From: Actinomycetota bacterium
GTDB taxonomy: Bacteria > Actinomycetota > Actinomycetes > JACCUZ01
NCBI GenBank assembly: GCA_030841035.1
Contig: JAVEDI010000104.1
Coordinates: 9,445-73,444, forward strand
Direction: 5' to 3'
Length of the DNA stretch: 64,000 nucleotides
Shown here: piece by piece, positions 1-8,447 of the stretch
Position numbering within the stretch: the first letter of the stretch is position 1
How the letters are laid out: each line of letters opens with the position of its first letter
Position numbers and translations under genes: made by a program
The notes under the pieces: generated by a model
The model's input: only the letters and a program-made list of their open reading frames with translations
Told to the model about the DNA's origin: nothing
The model's database searches: none

Positions 1-39
1 ATTGGTTCAGTGGACAAATACCAAGGGAGGCAAGAGCTC

Positions 40-1143
40 ATGGCGCGAGGCATCAACACAGGTGGAGACGTCGTCCGCACGACGGTGGACGGCGTCGACC
101 TCGCCACCATCTGGCAGGACATGCAGGCGGCAAACGACCTGCGCAACCGAGACCGAGACAGTCTGCGGGCGATCCTGACGCATCGCACAACGGCCGTCGG
201 CGACGAGGTCCCCCAGACGTCCGTTTTGGACGATTTCGAAGATATGTCCGAGATGGGGGCTCCCCATTCGATCCGGACCGGCATCGCCACGATCCCGATG
301 GGCTTCAACTTCAAGGACCGCGACCTGGCCGCACGCTACAGCTGGAGGTTTTTGCGTGACGCGGACGCGGCTCAAGTCGAGGCCGTTCATCAAGGCGCTC
401 TCGACGCTGATGCCCGGCAACAGCTCCAGTCGGTGATGGGCGCGCTGCTCAACAACACCAACCGGACCAGCCCGGAGGGCCTCACGGTGTATCCGCTGTG
501 GAACGCCGACGGCGTTGTGCCGCCCGAGTGGAACGGGGTCACATTCCCCGGGTCTCATTCGCACTACCTCGTGAGCAGCAGCGCTACGTTCGATGGCGGC
601 GATATCCGGGATGCCTACCAGGCTGTCGCGCATCACGGCTACGGCAGCCCGGACGTGGGCGGCAAGGTCATCGTGTTCCTCAACCCGGTGCAGGCGGACG
701 CGGCTCGCGGCTTCGTCAAGGGGACGGCGGCGACGGACCCGTTTGACTACATCCCTGGTGCATCCGCCCCGGCCTACCTCACGGACCAGACCATCGTCGG
801 TGACCGGCCTCCGGCGAATGTCGGGGCCATCTCAATCTTCGGGCAGTACGGCGCGGCGCTGCTTAGCGAGAGCTCGCTCGTCCCAAACGGCTACGTCGTC
901 GCCGTTGCCACATTCGGCAGCAACGACCAGCGCAACGTGATCGCATTCCGCGAGCATCGGCGCCCGGAGTACCAAGGGCTTCGCCAGATCCCCGGCTCGT
1001 CGCCGGAGTACCCGCTTCAGGACTCGTACTACACGCGGTCCTGGGGCACCGGCGTCCGACAGCGTGGCGGCGCGGCCGTCGTCCAGGTCAAGGCGAGCGG
1101 CTCCTACGACGTGCCCGCCGCGTACCAGACGGTCATCGCGTGA
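40..1143 (+). CDS. Putative phage major capsid protein
   Basis: The ORF is open from GTG 10, and ATG 40 is preceded by AAGGGAGG (23-30). About 368 aa, with size and composition like actinophage HK97/P22-type coat proteins. This is recognition only; no search or fold prediction was done. Confidence 0.5.
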   Translation: MARGINTGGDVVRTTVDGVDLATIWQDMQAANDLRNRDRDSLRAILTHRTTAVGDEVPQTSVLDDFEDMSEMGAPHSIRTGIATIPMGFNFKDRDLAARYSWRFLRDADAAQVEAVHQGALDADARQQLQSVMGALLNNTNRTSPEGLTVYPLWNADGVVPPEWNGVTFPGSHSHYLVSSSATFDGGDIRDAYQAVAHHGYGSPDVGGKVIVFLNPVQADAARGFVKGTAATDPFDYIPGASAPAYLTDQTIVGDRPPANVGAISIFGQYGAALLSESSLVPNGYVVAVATFGSNDQRNVIAFREHRRPEYQGLRQIPGSSPEYPLQDSYYTRSWGTGVRQRGGAAVVQVKASGSYDVPAAYQTVIA

Positions 1144-1589
1144 TGGACGCCGCTCTTGAGCCCGCCATCCTTGCGATGACGGACGCCATGGTCGCCGCCT
1201 CCGGCTGGTCCGAACGGCTCTATCCGGACAACGGCTGGCTCGCAGAAGACGAACAACTCTCAATGGTCGTCCTCACCGCACTTGGCGACGGTGCCGAGCC
1301 GTTCCCGGCTGAGCGGCTCGTCGGTGGCACGCACGTCGTCGTCTACGCCACCGGGCGCGTGCTGGCGCTGGCACCGGACGTCAGCCAGGCAACGGCAGAT
1401 GCCGCCCTGCGGGCTGCCGCGCCGACACAGGGCGTCTGCGACTACTGCCCTGAGCCGTTGCTGGGGTCCGCCGTTCTACTGCCCTACCCGGCGGGCGCAA
1501 CCGTCGTTGCCGTGAGCCTCTGCGCGGCCTGCGTCGCGTTCCTGCGCTCAACCTTCCCGACCGCCCACTACGTCACCTGTGGAGGCTGA
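1140..1589 (+). CDS. Hypothetical protein (element-encoded)
   Basis: The start overlaps the capsid stop (GTGATG). Coding-like codon bias. The C-terminal half is Cys-rich (CDYC...CAAC). Confidence 0.5.
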   Translation: MMDAALEPAILAMTDAMVAASGWSERLYPDNGWLAEDEQLSMVVLTALGDGAEPFPAERLVGGTHVVVYATGRVLALAPDVSQATADAALRAAAPTQGVCDYCPEPLLGSAVLLPYPAGATVVAVSLCAACVAFLRSTFPTAHYVTCGG

Positions 1590-1591
1590 CC

Positions 1592-1801
1592 GTGGACACG
1601 CTCAACACCGAAGAAGTGCTCGCGCTCGCAACCGAGGCGCGGAGCTGGCCGACCATCGGCGCCCTGGCCGACCGCTACCGGGTCAACGGCCGAGCCATCC
1701 GCAAGGCCGTCGCTAACGGAGATCTCCAGGCGGTTCGACTCAACGTCCTGCGCATCAACCCGGCCTCGTTCGCGGCCTGGCTGGACGCCCGACAGCCCTA
1801 A
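1592..1801 (+). CDS. Excisionase-family helix-turn-helix DNA-binding protein
   Basis: 69 aa. The central segment WPTIGALADRYRVNGRAIRKAVANGDL reads as an excisionase/MerR-type HTH. It follows the previous gene after 2 nt. Confidence 0.5.
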   Translation: MDTLNTEEVLALATEARSWPTIGALADRYRVNGRAIRKAVANGDLQAVRLNVLRINPASFAAWLDARQP

Positions 1802-1856
1802 ATCGTCGGAGGGGGCGGCCTCGGGAAAGACCGCCCACTCCCCAACAACGGAGGTA

Positions 1857-2126
1857 ATGATGGCAACCCTGCAGACCCTGCTGGCCCGGTGGCAAGGCCT
1901 CGGTCTTCGCCTTGACCCACTGGCAGCCCGAAACGCCGGGGTCTACTGCGGCGACGCGAGCGGGTGGGTGTGGCTCGCCTTGCGAGAACTCGGGGACTCA
2001 GCTCCGGTCCTGGTCCTGCTAGCGCTCCTGGAGGCGCGCGGTTACCCGGACCCGGAACGCATCCTTCTGGACGCGGTCACCGACTCGTCCGGCGGATACG
2101 CCTGGTACCGGCTCGCGGTGCGGTGA
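1857..2126 (+). CDS. Hypothetical protein (element-encoded)
   Basis: 89-aa ORF, ATG after GGAGG (1849-1853), followed by a hairpin. Confidence 0.4.
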   Translation: MMATLQTLLARWQGLGLRLDPLAARNAGVYCGDASGWVWLALRELGDSAPVLVLLALLEARGYPDPERILLDAVTDSSGGYAWYRLAVR

Positions 2127-2136
2127 CCGCGCATTA

Positions 2137-2172
2137 CTCGACCCCGCAGGAGCGAGTCGCTACGGGGTCGAG
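2137..2172 (+). terminator. Hairpin, possible intrinsic terminator
   Basis: CTCGACCCCG (2137-2146) pairs with CGGGGTCGAG (2163-2172) over 10 bp. It lies 11 nt after the stop of 1857..2126. There is no U-tract. Confidence 0.3.
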
Positions 2173-2386
2173 AGGCGCTGGTAAGGCGCGGCCACGTCAA
2201 GGAGCCGAGATAAGCGTTGCACGGCCTGACCCGACCTGCAACGACGAGATCCGACCTGGCTAGACCCCTTGAAAACATTGAAGTTCTGGTCCTAGCGCCC
2301 GGCCCTGTGCAGCCCTCACAGTAGGCCTTGGCGCACTGGTAAACCGCCCTCGGTTCTTCAACCTCAAACACGTCAAAGGAACCCCC

Positions 2387-4396
2387 GTGACGCATACAAG
2401 AACAAGGGCCGACCTCCACAAGGTCGCCGAGGCCTGTCATGGCGCGGTCTGGGAGTCCGACGACCAGTGCTCGGCCCTGTGCCCCTCGCATGAAGACACG
2501 TCCCCGTCATTGCGGATCGGGGTGGGCGACGACGGGCGGGTGACCGTCTATTGCCACGCCGGATGCGACTACGGGGACATTCGCGCGGCACTCGTGAGGC
2601 GAGGCATCCGCACGGAAACCCTCAGACCAGCGGCGGCGCAGACGCGCAGGAAGCAGAAACGGTCGGTACCAAAAAAGAAGCGACGACGCCAGCCGAAAGC
2701 CAAGCCTCTGCCGTATGACGACGACGTCGCCAAGTGGCACACGCACTTGAGGCGCAGTGAGCAACTCGGACCAGCGCGCAACTATCTCCGGACGCTCCGC
2801 GGCCTCAGTACAAGCACCATCCTCCGCTACGAGATTGGTCACCGATACGGGCGGTACGTCATCCCCGTTCGCGATGCCGAAGGGCTCCTCGTCAATGTGC
2901 GCAAGTACGACCCTGAGGCGACCAGCGACAAGATGACGAGCTGGCCGGGCCACGGTGGTTCAGTGCTATATCCGTTGGAGGCGTTGACGGAGGCCGATCT
3001 GAGCGAGGCGGTCCTGTTGTGCGAAGGCGAGTGGGACGCGCTCCTGGCCGGGCAGTACGGTCTCGTCGCCGTCACAGGGACTGGGGGCGCGAGCGCACCG
3101 CCGTCCGACCTGGACGCGTTGCGTGACCGGCGCGTGTACATCGCCTACGACTGTGACGATGCCGGGAGATCCGGAGCGCACAAGGTTGCCGCCCTGCTCA
3201 ACGAGGTCGCCAAGGAAGTGTTCGTGGTGGACCTCGGGCTCGGGCTCGGCGAGGACATCACCGACTGGTTCGTTACCCACGAGAAGACCGCCGACGACCT
3301 CCTGGCTCTTATGGCCGCTGCCGAGCCGTGGATTGAGGAAGACGAGGATGAGGGTGAGCTGTTCGTCACGCTGGCGGACCTTGAGGAGACGCGACTTCGT
3401 TGGCTGTGGGCTGGCCGCATCCCTGCCGGAAAGTTGACGATGCTGGAGGGCGACCCAGGCCTCGGCAAGAGCATGCTCTGGGCCAAGCTCGTCGCCCACA
3501 TCACGACGGGTGAACCACTTCCGGGTGACGGTGAAGTACACGACCCGGCTGACGTGCTGGTGGTCTGTGCTGAGGACGACCTGCACGACACCATCGCGCC
3601 TCGACTTCGGGCGGCCGGAGCCGACCTGCGGCGCGTGCACTCCGTGACCCTGGCGCGAGACGACAAAGGCCACCTCATTCCGCTGAGCATCCCCGAGGAC
3701 CTGCCTCGGCTCCGCAAGGCCATCGTTACGGCGCGAGCCTCGCTGATCGTCTTTGACCCGGTGATCGCGTATCTGAGCGAAACCATCAACAGCGGAAACG
3801 ACGCGAGCGTCCGGCGCGCCTTGACACCGCTCGCCGAGATCGCGCAGACCACGGGCGCGGCCGTCGTGATGATCCGGCACTTGAACAAGCAGGGAGATCT
3901 CAAGGCTCTCTATCGCGGCGGAGGCTCAATTGCGTTCATCGGAGCTGCCCGCAGCGGGCTCGTCGTTGACCGGCACCCGGAGCAAGAAGGGGTCGTCGTG
4001 CTGGCGCAGACGAAGTCCAATCTCGCGCGCGGCGTGCCGGCCCTCGCCTACTCGGTGGACTCGTGGGCCGAGGACCCAACTATCCCGGTGGTCACCTGGG
4101 GCGACGAACTAAACATCACGGCCGAGCAGTTGCTGCACAAGCCGGACGGGCGCACGGACGCACCGACGCGCGATGCCGCGGTGACCTTCCTGCGGGAACT
4201 GCTCGCAGACGGCCCTGTCGCGGCCAAGGAAGTCCAGAAGGCCGCCAGGGAAGCGGGTATCGCGTGGCGAACCGTGGAGCGGGCCAAGGAGCGGGCTGTG
4301 GCACGGACGAGGGCAGCGCACTCGGACACTGGTGTGATCAAGGGCTGGGAGTGGTTCATTCCGCGCCTCCACATCGTCCGCGAGGACGACGAGTGA
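2387..4396 (+). CDS. Bifunctional DNA primase / replicative helicase (zinc-finger + Toprim + RepA/AAA_25-like ATPase)
   Basis: Cys/His motif CPSHEDTSPSL...YCHAGC. Toprim acidic motifs LLCEGEWDAL and YDCDDAG. Walker A GDPGLGKS. GTG start after AAAGGA. Confidence 0.8.
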   Translation: MTHTRTRADLHKVAEACHGAVWESDDQCSALCPSHEDTSPSLRIGVGDDGRVTVYCHAGCDYGDIRAALVRRGIRTETLRPAAAQTRRKQKRSVPKKKRRRQPKAKPLPYDDDVAKWHTHLRRSEQLGPARNYLRTLRGLSTSTILRYEIGHRYGRYVIPVRDAEGLLVNVRKYDPEATSDKMTSWPGHGGSVLYPLEALTEADLSEAVLLCEGEWDALLAGQYGLVAVTGTGGASAPPSDLDALRDRRVYIAYDCDDAGRSGAHKVAALLNEVAKEVFVVDLGLGLGEDITDWFVTHEKTADDLLALMAAAEPWIEEDEDEGELFVTLADLEETRLRWLWAGRIPAGKLTMLEGDPGLGKSMLWAKLVAHITTGEPLPGDGEVHDPADVLVVCAEDDLHDTIAPRLRAAGADLRRVHSVTLARDDKGHLIPLSIPEDLPRLRKAIVTARASLIVFDPVIAYLSETINSGNDASVRRALTPLAEIAQTTGAAVVMIRHLNKQGDLKALYRGGGSIAFIGAARSGLVVDRHPEQEGVVVLAQTKSNLARGVPALAYSVDSWAEDPTIPVVTWGDELNITAEQLLHKPDGRTDAPTRDAAVTFLRELLADGPVAAKEVQKAAREAGIAWRTVERAKERAVARTRAAHSDTGVIKGWEWFIPRLHIVREDDE

Positions 4397-4407
4397 ACGC
4401 GGCGGAC

Positions 4408-4429
4408 CCGAGTTCTGGCCCGAACTCGG
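4408..4429 (+). terminator. Hairpin after the primase gene
   Basis: CCGAGTTC (4408-4415) pairs with GAACTCGG (4422-4429) around a 6-nt loop, 12 nt after the stop. Confidence 0.35.
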
Positions 4430-4607
4430 TGCGGAACTCCCAGCGTGCCTACCTACCTACTGGCGGTCTTGGGCGGTGTGGTGTGCAACCTCTGTGCCAG
4501 ACCGCCAAAGACCGCCCAGGCTCGCATGGGCAGCCTGGGAGTCCGGTCACAAGTTCAGTGACCGAGTTCCCTTCACATGCCTCGTCAACCAATCTCAAGG
4601 GAGTGTC

Positions 4608-5132
4608 ATGAGCAAGGGAAACCGAACTCGACGTAAGGCGGCTGGTCTGTTGCCCACCGACCAGAAGTGTCATGCCCGGAAGAAGGACGGCACCGCATGC
4701 AAGCGTCCACCTATCAAAGGCGGAACTGTGTGCCCCAGCCACGGCGGTTCAGCCCCACAGGTCCGCGCCAAGGCCGCTGAGCGGCTGCGGGAGGGCATCA
4801 TGCCGATGCTCGCCCGGCTGTGGCAGATCGCCCACGACGAGACCAAGTCGGACGCCGTGCAGTTGGCTGCTGTGCGGGACTGGCTCGACCGCGCCGGGGT
4901 CAAGGAGGCCATCGAGCTGGATGTTCGAGTGCTCCCCTGGGAGGGCCTCATCGACGGCATCGTGAGCGACGTCGACGACCGGCAGCTGTCGAGGGTGGCC
5001 CGCGTCATCAGCGGCGAGGTCGTGGACAACGGCGAGGCTGGCGAACTGCCTGACCTCACCTCCCCCACGCCGCAGGCGCAGCCGCCCATCCCGAGCCGGC
5101 GACGACGAGGGTCATCCCTAGCGCGCCGCTAG
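4608..5132 (+). CDS. Hypothetical DNA-binding protein, small-terminase-like
   Basis: ATG 4608 follows AAGGGAG. The basic N-terminus has a Cys/His cluster (CHARKKDGTACKRPPIKGGTVCPSHGGSAPQ), a pattern I associate with small packaging/DNA-binding proteins of actinophages and plasmids. Function unverified. Confidence 0.45.
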   Translation: MSKGNRTRRKAAGLLPTDQKCHARKKDGTACKRPPIKGGTVCPSHGGSAPQVRAKAAERLREGIMPMLARLWQIAHDETKSDAVQLAAVRDWLDRAGVKEAIELDVRVLPWEGLIDGIVSDVDDRQLSRVARVISGEVVDNGEAGELPDLTSPTPQAQPPIPSRRRRGSSLARR

Positions 5133-5247
5133 CGAAGCCGATACGCCGGTGTCGGCCTCTACCTGCACGAATGAACTTCGGCCTCGAACTTCTACATGCT
5201 GCTCAACCCCAAGCGGCTCAGAGCACCGCTGCAACCAAGGAGGCAGC

Positions 5248-5748
5248 ATGACCCGCACCACGCAACCCGCGCCGGTAGACGCCGACCAGGCCGACGCAGA
5301 CGCCGCCCAGGGCCCAACCGCCGACCACAGCCCTGCCAGCCCGTCTACGTCGGCCCTGGCGGCTGCTGTGGCCGACGGCAGCGTCGCCCTGTACCGGGTG
5401 CGGGTTAGCGGCACCCTGCGCAGGCTCACGTACCTCGCGGAAGGCACCGAGGCCCGCGAGGTCGCCAACTGGTACGCCGAGCGGTTGGACGAAGGCGCGA
5501 CCGTCAAGGACGTCGCCGCCGAGGCTGGCGTCCGGCCGCTGGCCGTGCGCCGGTCCGTTTGGGCTCTTGAACTTGCGGAGGCCATTGACGACGGCGACCT
5601 CGACGACCTCTGGGACGACTGCGACCCCGACGAGACGCGCCAGTTCATCATCCAGGTCTCCGACCACGACTACCCGTACGGCGAGACACCCCTCACGGAC
5701 CCCGCCAACGCGGGCGGACACGTCGTGGTCAACGGGGACCAGTCGTGA
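5248..5748 (+). CDS. Hypothetical acidic protein (element-encoded)
   Basis: ATG 5248 follows AAGGAGG. 166 aa with an acidic C-terminal half. Confidence 0.5.
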   Translation: MTRTTQPAPVDADQADADAAQGPTADHSPASPSTSALAAAVADGSVALYRVRVSGTLRRLTYLAEGTEAREVANWYAERLDEGATVKDVAAEAGVRPLAVRRSVWALELAEAIDDGDLDDLWDDCDPDETRQFIIQVSDHDYPYGETPLTDPANAGGHVVVNGDQS

Positions 5749-5753
5749 ACGGC

Positions 5754-5963
5754 CTACATGTCATCCATCAGCTTGAGCAACTTCTCGAGGGGGATGCGCT
5801 TCCCGTACTTTTCCGTGGTCTTCCCGCGCATCCAGACCACGGTTGCCTTGCCGATTCGCAGATTGCCAACGTGCTTGTCCTGAGAGTCATGGATGGCAAG
5901 CCGGATGCCGTTGTTGCCGAGGTTGATGCCGCTGACCTGATCCATCCTCATTTTGACGTTCAT
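5754..5963 (-). CDS. Small hypothetical protein (69 aa, Lys/Gly/Asn-rich)
   Basis: ATG is preceded by GGGAGG at 6-nt spacing. The local GC is the lowest in the element. It is the only minus-strand gene inside the plus-strand block and is divergent from the serine recombinase. Confidence 0.5.
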   Translation of the reverse strand: MNVKMRMDQVSGINLGNNGIRLAIHDSQDKHVGNLRIGKATVVWMRGKTTEKYGKRIPLEKLLKLMDDM

Positions 5964-6025
5964 GTGCTACCTCCCGTTGATGTTGATCAGAAGGTACAGA
6001 TCTTCGGGCCTGAAGGGGGCCGAAC

Positions 6026-6718
6026 GTGAACGTCATCGGCTACGTGCGAGTCAGCACTGACGACCAGGCCGCGTCCGGGCTGGGCCTCGACGCACAGCGC
6101 GCGACCATCGCCGGCGAGGCAGCCAAGCGCGGCTGGAGCGTGACGTGGGTGGAGGACGCCGGGCACAGCGCCAAGACCTTGAAGCGGCCAGGCGTGACCA
6201 CCGCCCTCAACCTGCTCGCCAAGGGCGAGGCGCAGGTGCTCGTCGTCGCCAAGTTGGACCGGCTCAGCCGGTCGGTGCAGGACTTCGCCGCGACGATGGA
6301 CACCGCGAGGAAACAGGGCTGGGCGCTTGTCGCTCTCGACCTGGGCGTGGACACGACCACTCCGGCAGGCGAGCTCGTCGCCAACGTGATGGCCGCCGTT
6401 GCGCAGTGGGAGCGCCGCGTCATCAGTGACCGTACGAAGGACGCTCTGGCGGCAGCCCAAGCGAGAGGAACCCGGCTCGGTCGCCCACGCGCCATCGACG
6501 CCGGGCTACTGCTCCGCATCGTGGGGCTGCGCTATGACGCCGGTCTCTCCCTACGCCAGATCGCCACCGTCCTCAATGACGAGGGCATGCCCACCGTGCG
6601 CGGTGGTCGCTGCTGGCACCCCGCCACGATCCGCGGCCTGCTCCACAGCCACCTGCTCGACCAGCCGGCCGAGGCCGAGACGGACCAATCCACCACGAAG
6701 AAATGCAGGGCAGTCTGA
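6026..6718 (+). CDS. Serine recombinase (resolvase/invertase family)
   Basis: N-terminal catalytic motif YVRVSTDDQ, a resolvase core and a C-terminal HTH (LSLRQIATVLNDEG). GTG start after GAAGGGGG. Confidence 0.9.
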   Translation: MNVIGYVRVSTDDQAASGLGLDAQRATIAGEAAKRGWSVTWVEDAGHSAKTLKRPGVTTALNLLAKGEAQVLVVAKLDRLSRSVQDFAATMDTARKQGWALVALDLGVDTTTPAGELVANVMAAVAQWERRVISDRTKDALAAAQARGTRLGRPRAIDAGLLLRIVGLRYDAGLSLRQIATVLNDEGMPTVRGGRCWHPATIRGLLHSHLLDQPAEAETDQSTTKKCRAV

Positions 6719-7881
6719 TGGCTGACAAGAAGCGCGAGCCTGTCAGGGGCTACGCGGGCATGTACAAGATCAGACGGACCAAGGGTGTCGTCTACGAGAT
6801 TCGGTACCGCGCCCGGGACGACCGAGGGGAGTGGCAGCAGTTCTCAGCGACATTCCCCACGAAGGAGGAAGCCGCTGCTGAAATGGACGAGCGCAGAGCC
6901 GCCCGCCGAAAGGGCACACACATCACACCGGCGCGGGGTCGGCGCACGTTCGGTGACGTGACCGCGCAATGGCTCGACAGCAAGGACCGCAAGGCCCGCA
7001 CGATGAAGGGCTATCAGCACATCCTCGACAGTTGGCTCGGATCGTGGCGGCACCGTCAGGTGTCCAGCATCACCTACGACGACTGTGCTTCCGTGCTCGT
7101 CGCGATGCGAACCGCCGGTCGGCACGGTCAGACGGTTCGCAACGTCTACAACGTCATGCGCGGCGTGCTCGACCAGGCGGTCGAGGCAGGGTGCATCGCG
7201 GTTAACCCGGCCACACCGCTGCGCAAGCGACTGCCGCGGAGTGGAGAACGCGACGTGTGCTTCCTAACAGCCGACCAGGTGGCGACACTGTCGGCGTCCC
7301 TCCCCGCTCCCTACGACCTCGTCGTCACGTTCGCCGCCTGGTCTGGGCTGCGAGCTGGTGAGATCGCGGGTATGCGAGTGCGCAACGTTGACCCGATGCG
7401 CCGTCGGGTCCGGGTCGAGGAGACCGTGGTCGCGCTGCGCGGTGGCTTGCAGGCCGACACTCCGAAGACACCTAAGAGCCGCAGGGCTGTGCCGCTGCCG
7501 GCGTCGCTTGCACATCTGCTGGCCGACCACATCGCCGCCCGTGGCCTCGGCCCCAACGACTACATGTTCGGCAGCCCTGATGGCAGCCCCCTCAACCACG
7601 GCCGCTTCTACCAACGCATATTCAAGCCTGCGGCCAACGGGATTGGCTTGCCGGATTTGAGGTTCCACGATCTGCGGCACACGTACGCATCGCTGATGCG
7701 GCCGCACCTTGACATGTTCGAGCTGAGTCGGCGGATGGGACACAGCACTTACCGGCTGACAGCGGACACCTACTCGCACTTGTACGAGACGGATGACCCC
7801 ACATTGGACGAGAGGCTCGACGCGGCCTTTCAGGCAGCTACGACTCCTAGCCCTGTTGTTGCGAGGCTAGTCATCGCCTAG
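6718..7881 (+). CDS. Tyrosine recombinase / phage integrase
   Basis: Catalytic signature LRFHDLRHTYASL ... HSTYRLTADTYSHLY. ATG 6718 shares one base with the recombinase stop (TGATG). Alternative ATG at 6703. Confidence 0.9.
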   Translation: MADKKREPVRGYAGMYKIRRTKGVVYEIRYRARDDRGEWQQFSATFPTKEEAAAEMDERRAARRKGTHITPARGRRTFGDVTAQWLDSKDRKARTMKGYQHILDSWLGSWRHRQVSSITYDDCASVLVAMRTAGRHGQTVRNVYNVMRGVLDQAVEAGCIAVNPATPLRKRLPRSGERDVCFLTADQVATLSASLPAPYDLVVTFAAWSGLRAGEIAGMRVRNVDPMRRRVRVEETVVALRGGLQADTPKTPKSRRAVPLPASLAHLLADHIAARGLGPNDYMFGSPDGSPLNHGRFYQRIFKPAANGIGLPDLRFHDLRHTYASLMRPHLDMFELSRRMGHSTYRLTADTYSHLYETDDPTLDERLDAAFQAATTPSPVVARLVIA

Positions 7882-7987
7882 TCACCGCGAGTTCCCATAT
7901 GGAATCCATGAGCTGACCGCAGCCAGGAGCACCGACAGAGCCGGTCTCCCGCGCTAGGTGACCAGCCCGCGCCTTGCGGGGCGGCGG

Positions 7988-8395
7988 TCAGTTGTTGGGA
8001 ATGACTGAGGGTGCTTGCAAGAGCGCGGAAATTTCGCGGTGAAGACTGCCGATAAGGACGTGTCGCTCTTCGATCTCATCGCGCAACTCGTCGACAGCGC
8101 GCTGCAGGCGCACAACCTGGTCGAGCGTGCTTGAACGATCTACATCCTGATGTTCCGCGGCCGTGCGTGGAGTCGCCGCCCTCGCAGACGCCGTTGGTCG
8201 AGGTGAACGCTTGCTGACGGCAGCCTCCCGCAGGACGTCCTCGGCGAGGACCTCCCGCAATGGTTTTTGGCCAATTGACGTCAGGCGTGTCTGCACGCGG
8301 GGTGGGTCTTTGAGTGCCCACTTGCGAATGGCCTCGACACCCAAGCCAGCCCGAGCGGAGGCTTCCTGGAGGGTCCACCACCCGTCGTCCGGCAC
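7988..8395 (-). CDS. HTH DNA-binding protein (excisionase/MerR-type) with C-terminal coiled coil
   Basis: GTG start after GAGG. N-terminus WWTLQEASARAGLGVEAIRKWA is HTH-like and the C-terminus is heptad-like. Convergent with int. Confidence 0.6.
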   Translation of the reverse strand: MPDDGWWTLQEASARAGLGVEAIRKWALKDPPRVQTRLTSIGQKPLREVLAEDVLREAAVSKRSPRPTASARAATPRTAAEHQDVDRSSTLDQVVRLQRAVDELRDEIEERHVLIGSLHREISALLQAPSVIPNN

Positions 8396-8409
8396 AGTCC
8401 TGCCTCACG

Positions 8410-8447
8410 CATTGTTGGGCAAAGTTGGTGTAATCTGGCCAACAATG
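8410..8447. promoter_or_regulatory. Candidate operator: 9-bp inverted repeat in a divergent intergenic region
   Basis: CATTGTTGG (8410-8418) and CCAACAATG (8439-8447) are perfect reverse complements with a 20-nt spacer. They sit between the starts of 7988..8395(-) and 8445..8903(+). Confidence 0.45.

Noticed and set aside
8163-8444. Upstream part of ORF 8163..8903
   Set aside because: It is fully antisense to the better-supported HTH gene 7988..8395. Only the part from ATG 8445 is retained, and that at low confidence.
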